64,000 nt of DNA, from NCBI GenBank assembly GCA_036265815.1, contig DATAOI010000064.1:91831-155830 (forward strand), in the 5' to 3' direction. Under the pieces are notes generated by a model. That model did no database searches. It was not told where the DNA came from and saw only the letters and a program-made list of their open reading frames with translations. Position numbers and translations under genes: made by a program. Positions within the stretch are counted from its first letter, which is position 1. Each line of letters opens with the position of its first letter. This stretch comes from Gemmatimonadales bacterium. GTDB taxonomy: Bacteria > Gemmatimonadota > Gemmatimonadetes > Gemmatimonadales > GWC2-71-9. Shown in pieces: positions 10,359-18,735 of this stretch.

Positions 10359-11606
10359 CTACTTTCCTCCTTGCCCCTTGTTGCGTCCGAAGACTTTGCC
10401 GACCGACGCTGTGAGTCTGCCGAGAGGGCCACGGGCGACCTTGGCCTCAGCCACCCCGGTCAGTGCGGCCGACAATCCTTTGATGTCCCGGACGTACGAC
10501 GACCCGCCGTTGAGCACGATCGGCTTGCCCGAGTTCACCGACCCCATTACCGCTTCGTAGTCGTTGCTGATCTTCCAGTAAACCTTGAGTCCGAGACTCC
10601 GCTCCACATCCGCGGGCGAGATCGCGTCATCAGGATTGTAGCGGTTGAGCACCAGTCGGACCTGCTCCTCGCCTCGGGGCAGCACCCGCTTGAGCAAGGG
10701 AAAGCCGCGCTGGATGTTCCGCAGCGACGGTAGATCCACCGTGCTCACGATAAAGACCAGATCCGCCTGCTCGAACACCGCCAGGATGGGCGGGGCGAAC
10801 GACCTGGGCGTATCCACGATGATGTAGTCGTAGTGCTGCCGGAGAAACGCCAGGATGCGGCGGATCTGATCGGCCGTAACGGTCTCCGCCTTCTCCGGCT
10901 GAAACGGTGCGGAGAGCAGATGGACGCCGGAATCGTGCCGCTCGATGTACGAGGCCAGCAGGCCGGCGTCCATCCGGCGGAAATTTTCCACGAAGTCCAC
11001 GAAGTTGAACCGTGGCTGCACCCCGAGAACCAGCGCGCTCTCCCCCATCTCCAGGTCCAGATCGACGAGGAGGGTGCGCTTGTGCGTCGTCTTATGGACC
11101 ACGATCGCCAGATTGGTGGCGAGCGTAGTAGAGCCTCCCCCGCCCTTGGGACTAAAAAAGGCGAGGATCCGTCCGGGAGCTCGCTGCTGGTCGGCACCCG
11201 GTTTCCTGAGCTTTCCGGCGACCCGTGTAGCCGCGGCCCGGAGGTCCTCCGGCGCCACGGGCTTCGGCAGATACTCGGAGACTCCAGCCCGCATGGCCGC
11301 GAGCAGGTGCTCGCTCGATAGAACCGGCCCCGTGGCAACGAAAAGCTGAGCCGGGTTCTGGTCGAGCATGAACTGGGCGAACTTGAGCCCGAGGTCGGGC
11401 GCGTCCTCCAAATCCAACAGGATGACCTCGGGCACTACCGACCGCAACGCGTGGAGCTGTTGTTCGCCGAACTCGCTGAACGGTACGGTCAATTCCAGTT
11501 CGATCGCTAGCGGCCGGTCAGGGCCCGTGAGCACGTGCCGCACCAGATCCCCGAACCCGGGATCGGTAGTGATCAGTGCGGCCCGTGGGACAGCCGGAGA
11601 TGTCAC
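10359..11606 (-). CDS. cpaE: CpaE/TadZ-like pilus localisation ATPase (receiver-like N-domain + ParA/MinD fold)
   Basis: It has the deviant Walker A SPKGGGGSTTLATNLA and the D-rich LLVDLDLEMG. It lies between tadG and cpaF. Confidence 0.85.
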   Translation of the reverse strand: MTSPAVPRAALITTDPGFGDLVRHVLTGPDRPLAIELELTVPFSEFGEQQLHALRSVVPEVILLDLEDAPDLGLKFAQFMLDQNPAQLFVATGPVLSSEHLLAAMRAGVSEYLPKPVAPEDLRAAATRVAGKLRKPGADQQRAPGRILAFFSPKGGGGSTTLATNLAIVVHKTTHKRTLLVDLDLEMGESALVLGVQPRFNFVDFVENFRRMDAGLLASYIERHDSGVHLLSAPFQPEKAETVTADQIRRILAFLRQHYDYIIVDTPRSFAPPILAVFEQADLVFIVSTVDLPSLRNIQRGFPLLKRVLPRGEEQVRLVLNRYNPDDAISPADVERSLGLKVYWKISNDYEAVMGSVNSGKPIVLNGGSSYVRDIKGLSAALTGVAEAKVARGPLGRLTASVGKVFGRNKGQGGK

Positions 11607-11621
11607 GATAGCCCAGCTTCC

Positions 11622-12866
11622 TTATTTAATGAGGACGAGGCGTTTGATGAGAGAGCCGGTGGTCGGACCACCAGTGCCACCCTCAACATACCCCAGGAAC
11701 CTGGCAGTGATGGGGTTCTTACAGGTCCCCAGCCCGCCCGAGGTGGCCGAGCAGGGTCGCTGGTCAATCCAAATCTTGGCGAAGTTCGTAAACTGAATCG
11801 GGTTCGAGCTCGGGGAGTTGGCCATAGCGGGAGGATAGAGGCCGACGACGACTACCCGAGGACTCTGAGTCAGCCAGTTAGTCCCAAAGGTTGAGCCGAC
11901 TACCGTAGCGGTCGGGGTATCCTGCCAATGGGCCGAAGCATCTTGATTGATGATGTACTCCCAGGCGAGCTGCAGCGGTTCCTTGGCGCCATTGGCCTGA
12001 GTGTACGGGGTACCGACCGAGGCCTCGATGCAGCGCTCGCCCCTGATGCCTGCCGCGAGGGAATCCACACCCCCCGTGTTGGCGTTGTCCTGCCAGGTTC
12101 GAAAATACGACGAGACGAGTCTGTCGCCGCTTGGACTCTGATCGAAGGTTTGCAGGAGAACCTGCCTGCCGTAATCCTTAACCGGAGCAGTGTACCCATC
12201 ACGAAACGTAGTGCCGTAGCCGGTGGTCGGGGGATCGTAGACGTCCCCAGTGTTGAACGTCCACGGCTCAAATTCGCCCGGGTCGACTATGCCGTTACCG
12301 TTCAGGTCCGGGGCATCCCAGACGTGATTGCCGTTCTTATCTTCAAGCTGCGTCCCTGGTCCTGAGTTCGCCGACGTCACGTTGTTGACGTTGTTCCACA
12401 TGTCGGGCAGCGCGACCGGCTTGAGGCAGTTCGCGTTGCCAGATTCGCTGGCCTGAGCCGTCGCGTGCGCGGTGATTCCCATCGTGCTGGAACCGAAGAT
12501 GTTCGCGAACCAGAGCCTGAGACCGGACCGCGCCCAAACTACACCGACCGTGTCGACCGTCGCGTCGGGATGAACGTCGACCTCTGGGTCCGTGATCAAG
12601 ACATTGTGCACGGTGTGCTTCCGGGCAAATTCCTTCGCCCGCGTGATGGCAAGCGCATTCTTGTCGACGGCCGGGTCCGAGATCTGGAAGGCACTCGCGC
12701 CGGCCAGGGCCGAGGCGTCCACCGCCCGCTGCGCCTCGGTCTGAGACGACTTGATCATTCCGTAGTCGATGGCGAGGGCCGCCATCCCGAGCGTCATGAT
12801 GATCATCACCGCCATGATCACGAGTGCGACGCCGCGCCGGTCTCTGCGTGCAATAGTGCGACTCAT
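11622..12866 (-). CDS. tadG: TadG-like (TadE/G N-terminal motif) pilus-associated protein
   Basis: The N-terminus RRDRRGVALVIMAVMIIMTLGMAALAIDYG matches the TadG-like motif. I chose the ATG at 12866 because a GGAGG Shine-Dalgarno sits 5 nt upstream. The track ORF extends to 12908. Confidence 0.75.
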   Translation of the reverse strand: MSRTIARRDRRGVALVIMAVMIIMTLGMAALAIDYGMIKSSQTEAQRAVDASALAGASAFQISDPAVDKNALAITRAKEFARKHTVHNVLITDPEVDVHPDATVDTVGVVWARSGLRLWFANIFGSSTMGITAHATAQASESGNANCLKPVALPDMWNNVNNVTSANSGPGTQLEDKNGNHVWDAPDLNGNGIVDPGEFEPWTFNTGDVYDPPTTGYGTTFRDGYTAPVKDYGRQVLLQTFDQSPSGDRLVSSYFRTWQDNANTGGVDSLAAGIRGERCIEASVGTPYTQANGAKEPLQLAWEYIINQDASAHWQDTPTATVVGSTFGTNWLTQSPRVVVVGLYPPAMANSPSSNPIQFTNFAKIWIDQRPCSATSGGLGTCKNPITARFLGYVEGGTGGPTTGSLIKRLVLIK

Positions 12867-12926
12867 ACCGCCTCCGAATCGTCGACTACAACATCCCAGT
12901 AGCGTCACTTCGTGATCCCAATAGCG

Positions 12927-14276
12927 TCACTTCGTGGAATTCGTGTCCACCGATGCCCGCATCTTCATAGACCCGCTCCAGCGCCAGGTCTGGGGCTCGC
13001 CGGTCGGCAGCGGCGCCGGAGTGTCGCTCGGCAATACCAGCTTGGGCGAGACCAGCACCAGGAGCTCGGTGCGGTTCTGCCGAGCGTCCTTGGAACGGAA
13101 GAATTGTCCCAGGATCGGGAGATCCCCCAGGATCGGAATCTTAGTAGCGTTATCAGTTAGTGTGTTGTCCATCAGCCCGGCAATGGCCAGATACTGCCCA
13201 TTCTTCATCTCGACCTCGGTCTCGGCCCGGCGAGACAGAATGCTCGGGATGGTGAAGCCCCCGAAGACCAGCGGGTTCGAGAAGTCGAGCGAGGAGACTT
13301 CCGGCATGACCTTGAGCCGGATGCTTCCGTTCCGGGTGATGGTCGGGAGGAACTTGAGCCGGATGCCGAACTCCTTGAAGACGATCGACACCGAGCCGGA
13401 GCCGCCGCCGCCCTGCACGGCTGGATAGGGGAACTCGCCGCCGGCCAGGAAGCTCGCCTCCTTGCCAGGCAAGGTGATGAGGTTCGGCTCGGCGAGGCTC
13501 CGGAAGTCGCCCTTCGACTGTAGCGCCCGAATCAGGAGCTCGATGCTGGCATTGGCATTGAACAGGCCGACATCGACGATGCCATCGGAGAATCCGCCCG
13601 CACCGGTATTACCGGGGGGGACAGTGTTGCTGGCACCCTGCCAGTTACCGTTGTCGTCCAGTTTGTGAGGGTTGAGCGTCGCGATCTGGGAGCGGAACTG
13701 CTTGAGTACGCTCTTGTTCACTTCCGCGAACCGCACGTTCAGCATCACCTGGACGGCTTCGGGAGTGGTCAGGTTGTCCACGATGGTGGCACCCGAGCCC
13801 TTGGCGATCTCCACCGCGCGGTTGGCCACGCTGGCGTCCCGGACCGTGCCGGAGAGGGTCACGACGTTTCCGCTCGCCACAACGTCCACGTGCTCGCCCT
13901 CGAGCACGGAGGCCAGGTAGCGCTCCATACCTGCCGCGTCCGCGGTGACCTCGATGGAGTAGAGCTTGATGGCGCCCGCGTTGTCCCACAGGAAGAGACT
14001 GGTGGTACCCAGCGCCTTCCCGTTGATCAGGACCTCGGTGGGCGAGACGACGACGGCCTCGGCGACCGTTGGATCGCCGATGGAGAACCGCTGGATCGCC
14101 GTGGTGTTGACCAGCAGGGCCGAGGCCCCCTTCGACACCGAGACGACCTGTTCCGGGGCGCGCACCACGCGCTGCGCCGCGGCGGTCTGGACGCTCAGAA
14201 CCCCGAGCAGGGCGGCGCATCCCACGAGGCGCCGGAGAGACAGGACAGGGATCAGGCCGCGCCGATGGGTGCTCAC
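12927..14276 (-). CDS. cpaC: CpaC/RcpA outer-membrane secretin
   Basis: It has a signal peptide, BON-like N-terminal domain pattern and a C-terminal secretin signature (IPILGDLPILGQFFRS). Confidence 0.9.
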   Translation of the reverse strand: MSTHRRGLIPVLSLRRLVGCAALLGVLSVQTAAAQRVVRAPEQVVSVSKGASALLVNTTAIQRFSIGDPTVAEAVVVSPTEVLINGKALGTTSLFLWDNAGAIKLYSIEVTADAAGMERYLASVLEGEHVDVVASGNVVTLSGTVRDASVANRAVEIAKGSGATIVDNLTTPEAVQVMLNVRFAEVNKSVLKQFRSQIATLNPHKLDDNGNWQGASNTVPPGNTGAGGFSDGIVDVGLFNANASIELLIRALQSKGDFRSLAEPNLITLPGKEASFLAGGEFPYPAVQGGGGSGSVSIVFKEFGIRLKFLPTITRNGSIRLKVMPEVSSLDFSNPLVFGGFTIPSILSRRAETEVEMKNGQYLAIAGLMDNTLTDNATKIPILGDLPILGQFFRSKDARQNRTELLVLVSPKLVLPSDTPAPLPTGEPQTWRWSGSMKMRASVDTNSTK

Positions 14277-14295
14277 GAATCTCCCGGAGTAAGGG

Positions 14296-15144
14296 TCAGG
14301 GCTTCTGGAACGTCGTCAGCGTGCGCTCACCGCCACGGTATCCTTCAATGACCGTGTGGTCCACTCTGGGCGCAACCTCGGGCACGACCCGGTTGCGGGA
14401 GGGAGATCGTGGGGCGCGCGGGGGCGCTCCGCCCGGAGTGAGCTGGTCCGCTTTCGCGCCGGCGGTCGCGACCGACAGGGTGTCCAGCGTGTTCCGAAGG
14501 GCAAGCTGGATGCGTCCTTCCTTGCCCGCCAATACCAGAAGCTCGGCGTCCTCGAGCGTCACGAGGAGCGTGACGACGCTGACAGTCTGCGGCTTTCCAT
14601 CCTTGTCGCGCTGAACCTGCTGACCCGCCGCCAGGACCTGCACATTCTGGAGAATGGTGCGGGTACTGGATTGCGAACGAGTGTCGCCCTTATCGAGTGT
14701 GAGCATCACGTCGACGTGGGTTCCAGGACCGACGAAGCCGGCGACGCCGATGACCTCGTCCACCCGGACGCTCATCGCCCGCATTCCATCCTTGATGATG
14801 ATCGGCAACCCACCGCCGGCATCCTTGGTCGAGACCTTTGCGGCCAGCAGGGGCTCGTTTTCGGCCACTGAGGTGATGACCCCGCGGCCAAGGGCGTCGG
14901 CAATCGAACCGATGTAGCCACCGGGGACCGCAGCGCCCGGCCAGCCCACGATCTTGACGTCTTGTTCGGTAATGACCGAGCCGATCGGCAGACTCCGTGC
15001 GGCCAGCACGACGTTGACTTTCTTCGGCTCCGCCGCCATCAGCGGCGTCGCCTGCTCGCGCAGATAACGCAGGGCGAGTACCGCGGCCAGCCCACCGGAC
15101 GAGAGGGCGAGGACCAGCATCAGCCAAGGACGCGCTTTTCGCAT
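14296..15144 (-). CDS. cpaB: CpaB/RcpC Flp pilus assembly protein
   Basis: The start was trimmed to the ATG at 15144 (MRKARPWLMLVLALSSGGLAAV...). The track ORF up to 15351 only reads through the upstream duplication. The pattern is SAF/RcpC-like, and the gene lies between tadE and cpaC. Confidence 0.85.
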   Translation of the reverse strand: MRKARPWLMLVLALSSGGLAAVLALRYLREQATPLMAAEPKKVNVVLAARSLPIGSVITEQDVKIVGWPGAAVPGGYIGSIADALGRGVITSVAENEPLLAAKVSTKDAGGGLPIIIKDGMRAMSVRVDEVIGVAGFVGPGTHVDVMLTLDKGDTRSQSSTRTILQNVQVLAAGQQVQRDKDGKPQTVSVVTLLVTLEDAELLVLAGKEGRIQLALRNTLDTLSVATAGAKADQLTPGGAPPRAPRSPSRNRVVPEVAPRVDHTVIEGYRGGERTLTTFQKP

Positions 15145-15149
15145 AGGAA

Positions 15150-15269
15150 TCAACACTCGTTCCGCATAGTTGACGTGGAGGAGATGGTGATCGTGCTGCT
15201 CCCACCGGTCCATCCCAGCATGGCGCCCACAAAGCCCATGCCGTGCGTGGTGGAGACCAGCACGGTCAT
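15150..15269 (-). other. 39-codon ORF duplicating the TadE C-terminus (product of the tandem duplication)
   Basis: It encodes MTVLVSTTHGMGFVGAMLGWTGGSSTITISSTSTMRNEC, against the TadE tail MTVLVSTTHRMGFVGALLGWAGGSSTITISSTSTMRNECT. Its ATG overlaps the tadE stop (ATGA at 15266-15269). Expression is unknown. Confidence 0.3.
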
Positions 15270-15388
15270 GTACACTCGTTCCGCATAGTTGACGTGGAGG
15301 AGATGGTGATTGTGCTGCTCCCACCGGCCCATCCCAGCAGCGCGCCCACAAAGCCCATTCGGTGCGTGGTCGAGACCAGCACGGTCAT
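15153..15388. repeat. tandem duplication, two 117-bp copies with a 119-bp period, of the tadE 3' end
   Basis: Copy 15153-15269 and copy 15272-15388 differ at 7 positions by my manual alignment. Confidence 0.9.
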
Positions 15389-15727
15389 CGGCTCACCGGC
15401 GCCCCCGGCGCCACACTTAAAGAACCCAGCAGGGGTAATGGAGATCGTCGTGGGTGGATCCGTGGTCGGGATGCTCGCGAGCGCGAGGCGCTCCTTAATC
15501 TTGTCCTCGACATCCGTCATGCTCAGCGCCGCCCCAGCGGGATCCTGTACGACGGTATACCGGGCTCCCTCCCGGGCGGCATCGGTCACCGCCTGCTTGA
15601 TGTTCCACCCGCGGCCAAACTCGATGATGCCTGCGATGAGCAGGAATAGCAGGGGCATGATCAAGGCGAATTCCGCCAGGGCTTGGCCTCGACGACCCCG
15701 GCCACCTTTCCCCCTCCTAGGTCTCAT
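15266..15727 (-). CDS. tadE: TadE-like pseudopilin/minor pilin
   Basis: The N-terminus GQALAEFALIMPLLFLLIAGIIEFGRGW matches the TadE motif. The ATG at 15727 overlaps the cpaA stop (ATGA). The track ORF starts at 15754. Confidence 0.8.
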   Translation of the reverse strand: MRPRRGKGGRGRRGQALAEFALIMPLLFLLIAGIIEFGRGWNIKQAVTDAAREGARYTVVQDPAGAALSMTDVEDKIKERLALASIPTTDPPTTISITPAGFFKCGAGGAGEPMTVLVSTTHRMGFVGALLGWAGGSSTITISSTSTMRNECT

Positions 15728-16248
15728 AACCGGACTCCTTGTCCGAACCACCACATGAGGGTCCCGACAGCGATCGGGACGGCGTACGGGATCGTCAGGG
15801 CGCCGGGAGAATCCAGCGTCCGCACTTCGCCCTCGCGCGCGAGCATGCGCCGGGTCCGGAACAGCTCCAACGTATTGATGAAAAGCAAGACGAGGAGGCG
15901 CTTCCTGGCCATCATGACCACGGCCAAGGCCGCCCCCAATAGCACAATGTACGCCAAAGCGCCGGGGAGCGCATTAACTCCCAAGAACGCTCCCGCCACG
16001 GCCAGGAGCTTGGCGTCGCCCCCCCCGACCGCCCCGAGGGCATAGAAGAGGAGGGCAACTCCGAGTGCCACCCCGAACCCCTCGAGACCCCGTAGGCAGG
16101 CCTCCAAACCAAGCGGGGCTCGCAGCAGCACCGCCGCCGCGAGTCCCGCAAGGGTCAGCTGGTTCGGAACGCGGCGGCTGGTGATATCCCACCACGCTGC
16201 CGCACAGAGGAACATCGTGATCACCACGTCCGCCACGGTCTGAATCAC
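15724..16248 (-). CDS. cpaA: A24-family prepilin peptidase CpaA/TadV
   Basis: 174-aa polytopic protein with two catalytic Asp contexts (AAWWDITSRRVPN and GGGDAKLLAVAG). Confidence 0.9.
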   Translation of the reverse strand: MIQTVADVVITMFLCAAAWWDITSRRVPNQLTLAGLAAAVLLRAPLGLEACLRGLEGFGVALGVALLFYALGAVGGGDAKLLAVAGAFLGVNALPGALAYIVLLGAALAVVMMARKRLLVLLFINTLELFRTRRMLAREGEVRTLDSPGALTIPYAVPIAVGTLMWWFGQGVRL

Positions 16249-16343
16249 GCCTGCCCCCTCCGGGCTGCCTGGACCACACTAGCCAGGGGGCCTGAGCGCG
16301 GAATTCCTCTGGCAACCTCGCCCAACCCGGAACCCCGCGAAGG

Positions 16344-16523
16344 TTAGGGGGTATCCGCGGAATTCAGCGAGTTGTTCGCCTTACCGAAGATGTTCTTGAT
16401 GTGGGCGCCCATTCCCTTGATGATGAGGACCACACCAACCACGATGAGACCGAGCAGCAGGGCATACTCCGCCAGACCCTGCCCCGACTCGTCGTTCCAG
16501 AAAGCCTTCGCGAGGTTCACCAT
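16344..16523 (-). CDS. flp: Flp family type IVb pilin
   Basis: 59-aa product MVNLAKAFWNDESGQGLAEYALLLGLIVVGVVLII... carries the Flp G/xxxEY processing motif. A GGAGGAA Shine-Dalgarno lies upstream of the ATG at 16523. The track ORF up to 16646 is over-extended. Confidence 0.9.
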   Translation of the reverse strand: MVNLAKAFWNDESGQGLAEYALLLGLIVVGVVLIIKGMGAHIKNIFGKANNSLNSADTP

Positions 16524-17136
16524 ACGTTGTTCCTCCAACCACGGATAGGGTGGTACTGACTGTGGGGACCTAGCCCAGAGAGCCAGGATCACCCCGGACG
16601 GGCAGACCTCAGGGGTGAGGATCCGCCGTAAACCCGAGCCGGACACAGGCCGGTAACAGACATTGCGCTAAGGAGTGGTAATGCGCATGACACCGGGCAA
16701 AAGGCATGCCCACACGGGGGGTATAGGCATGGTCCCAAAGCAAGCTCAGGTTCAACTCCACAGCTGGTAAAGTGCCTCCAGCTCCCCTACAAGCTATTGT
16801 CTTTGAAAGCTTTATCAGATAGGCTCGGCCCGCACAACCGTCGGCCAGAATTGGCTTCGGGAGGGACATCGTTCAGGACTCGGGCCAGAGTCTCGCTGCT
16901 GCAGGATTGGTGCAGACGAACGTTGCGCCCGCGCAACTCGAAACCGCCCAAAACGGCCAAACAATCCCTCAGGAATGCCACTTCCCTGTTGCTGTGAGGT
17001 AGTGATGGTACGGGTCTGGCACCCCCGCCGCAAGTGGGCCAGAAAGGCCTATGTTTGCCCAGGTCGGCGGGAAACCGGATAATTGAGTCCACCTGCCAGA
17101 TCTCACCCCGTGTCCGGCCAACAGCGACAGGAATCC

Positions 17137-18735
17137 ATGACGCCCCAGGTCTTCCGACAGGCTTTCCGGCCAGGCCCTCCATCCATCCCGGCCGTGGTTT
17201 TCGTGATTCTGGCGGCCGTGGTGCCGATCGGCCTCCAGCAGCCGCTGCTCAACTCGGACGGGGACCTGGCCCGCCATCTTCGACATGGCCGCTACATGCT
17301 GGATCACGGAGCTCTCATCCGCCACGACCCGTTTTCTTTCACCCGTCCCGGCGCCCCGTTCGTGGGGTTCGAGTACGGCAGCCAGATCTTCTATTCCCTC
17401 GCCGAGCGTGCCGGCGGACTTCCGGGAGTGGCAGTGTTGGCGGGGCTCCTGGTGGGACTCACCTATGCCCTGCTGGCGAGATTCCTCCTCAGGCGCGGGG
17501 TGGATCCACTGCTGGCCTACCTAACCACCCTCATGGCAGCGCTCGTGGGCGCGGGGCACTGGCTGGCACGCCCCCATCTCTTTTCGTTCGTGGCCGTGAT
17601 GCTTCTCCTGGAGCTGCTAGACCGGGAGCCCCACAAGCCCTTCCTGCCATTCGCCGCCCTTTTTGCGGTCTGGGCAAACGTCCACGGTGGCTTCCTTTAC
17701 GGCTGGATCCTAACGGGGCTGTACCTGGCCGGCAGCATTGGCGAGTTCGCCCTCGGATGCGCAAGGGCCAAGTGGGCAGCTCGTGTGCGGTACTACTCCA
17801 CGGCGCTAATGGCAGCGGTCAGCGCCACCCTGCTCAATCCACATGGGATAGGCTTGCATCGGCACTTATTCGAGTTCCTAAGCCAGCAGTACGTGTTCGA
17901 CAATACGGCAGAATTCACTTCGCCCGACTTCCACGAGGTCGGACCGAAGCTATTCCTGGGGGCGCTGCTCATCTGCATCATGGCGCTGAGCGCCAAGGGG
18001 AATCGCCCGTCGCTCCCCCGCCTGCTGGTGATCTGCGCGGGAACGGCCTTATCCCTGATTGCGGTGCGCAACATGTCGCTGTTCGGCCTGACGGCACTCC
18101 CCTTGGTGGCCCTTCACATGGACGAGGCGTGGCGCCGACTGCCCGACCCGAGAGGCGTGCGCGGGCGCTTCGAGATCACCGCCAGGGCGGCCACCACCCT
18201 CATCTGGACAGTTCCGACGACGCTCTTGATGCTGGCCCTCGCGCTCAGCCACGGGCTGTTGGGCTCACTGAAGCTCATCGACGACCGGTTCGATGCCACC
18301 GTCTTTCCGGTCACCGCGGTCCAGCAGGCCAGAGTTGCCCATCTCCAGGGGCACTTATTCACCGAGTTTGCCTGGGGCGGCTACGTCGATTACGCCTGGC
18401 CGGAGCAAAAGATCTTCATCGATGGGGGAACGGACTTCTTCGGTGTGGAGTTGTTTCGGGAGTACTCGAAGATCACCCGGATGAGTCCAGGGTGGCGGGA
18501 GCTCTTGGCCAAGTGGGACATCTCTCTCCTGCTCTTACCGCGAAATGCGCCGTTGCCACACGAGCTTGTGCGAGACGGGCGCTGGCGTACATGGTACTGC
18601 GACTCTCTCGCCGTGGTGATTCGGCGTGCCGATACTCCCTTGGACATGACACCTGCGCTCGCCGACTCGGCCGACCAGGCTATTGACCGTTGTCCGGAGT
18701 CGGGCTCACGCCCGATGCGCCGTACCGACGAGTGA
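17137..18735 (+). CDS. large polytopic membrane protein, putative GT-C-type glycosyltransferase
   Basis: 532 aa from the ATG at 17137, with many TM helices. An N-terminal loop carries acidic/basic residues (NSDGDLARHLRHGRYML). The function is inferred from topology and neighbourhood only. Confidence 0.55.
   Translation: MTPQVFRQAFRPGPPSIPAVVFVILAAVVPIGLQQPLLNSDGDLARHLRHGRYMLDHGALIRHDPFSFTRPGAPFVGFEYGSQIFYSLAERAGGLPGVAVLAGLLVGLTYALLARFLLRRGVDPLLAYLTTLMAALVGAGHWLARPHLFSFVAVMLLLELLDREPHKPFLPFAALFAVWANVHGGFLYGWILTGLYLAGSIGEFALGCARAKWAARVRYYSTALMAAVSATLLNPHGIGLHRHLFEFLSQQYVFDNTAEFTSPDFHEVGPKLFLGALLICIMALSAKGNRPSLPRLLVICAGTALSLIAVRNMSLFGLTALPLVALHMDEAWRRLPDPRGVRGRFEITARAATTLIWTVPTTLLMLALALSHGLLGSLKLIDDRFDATVFPVTAVQQARVAHLQGHLFTEFAWGGYVDYAWPEQKIFIDGGTDFFGVELFREYSKITRMSPGWRELLAKWDISLLLLPRNAPLPHELVRDGRWRTWYCDSLAVVIRRADTPLDMTPALADSADQAIDRCPESGSRPMRRTDE

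Noticed and set aside
9039-10733. 564-aa plus-strand ORF
   Set aside because: It is antisense to cpaF and cpaE, both of which have unambiguous motifs. Its own translation has no recognisable domain.
16262-16300. Possible stem-loop between flp and cpaA acting as an attenuator or terminator
   Set aside because: Only short interrupted pairings are present (CCTGG/CCAGG, and GCCCC/GGGGC with a 10-nt bulge), and there is no U-tract. The evidence is too weak to call.
16749-16759. tRNA-like T-loop sequence GGTTCAACTCC
   Set aside because: The flanking bases do not form a T-stem, acceptor stem or anticodon arm. It is an isolated chance match.
17034-18686. 550-aa plus-strand ORF in an alternative frame of the 17083..18735 gene
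   Set aside because: The translation is Arg/Pro/Gly-rich with no TM pattern. The +1-shifted frame gives a coherent polytopic membrane protein.
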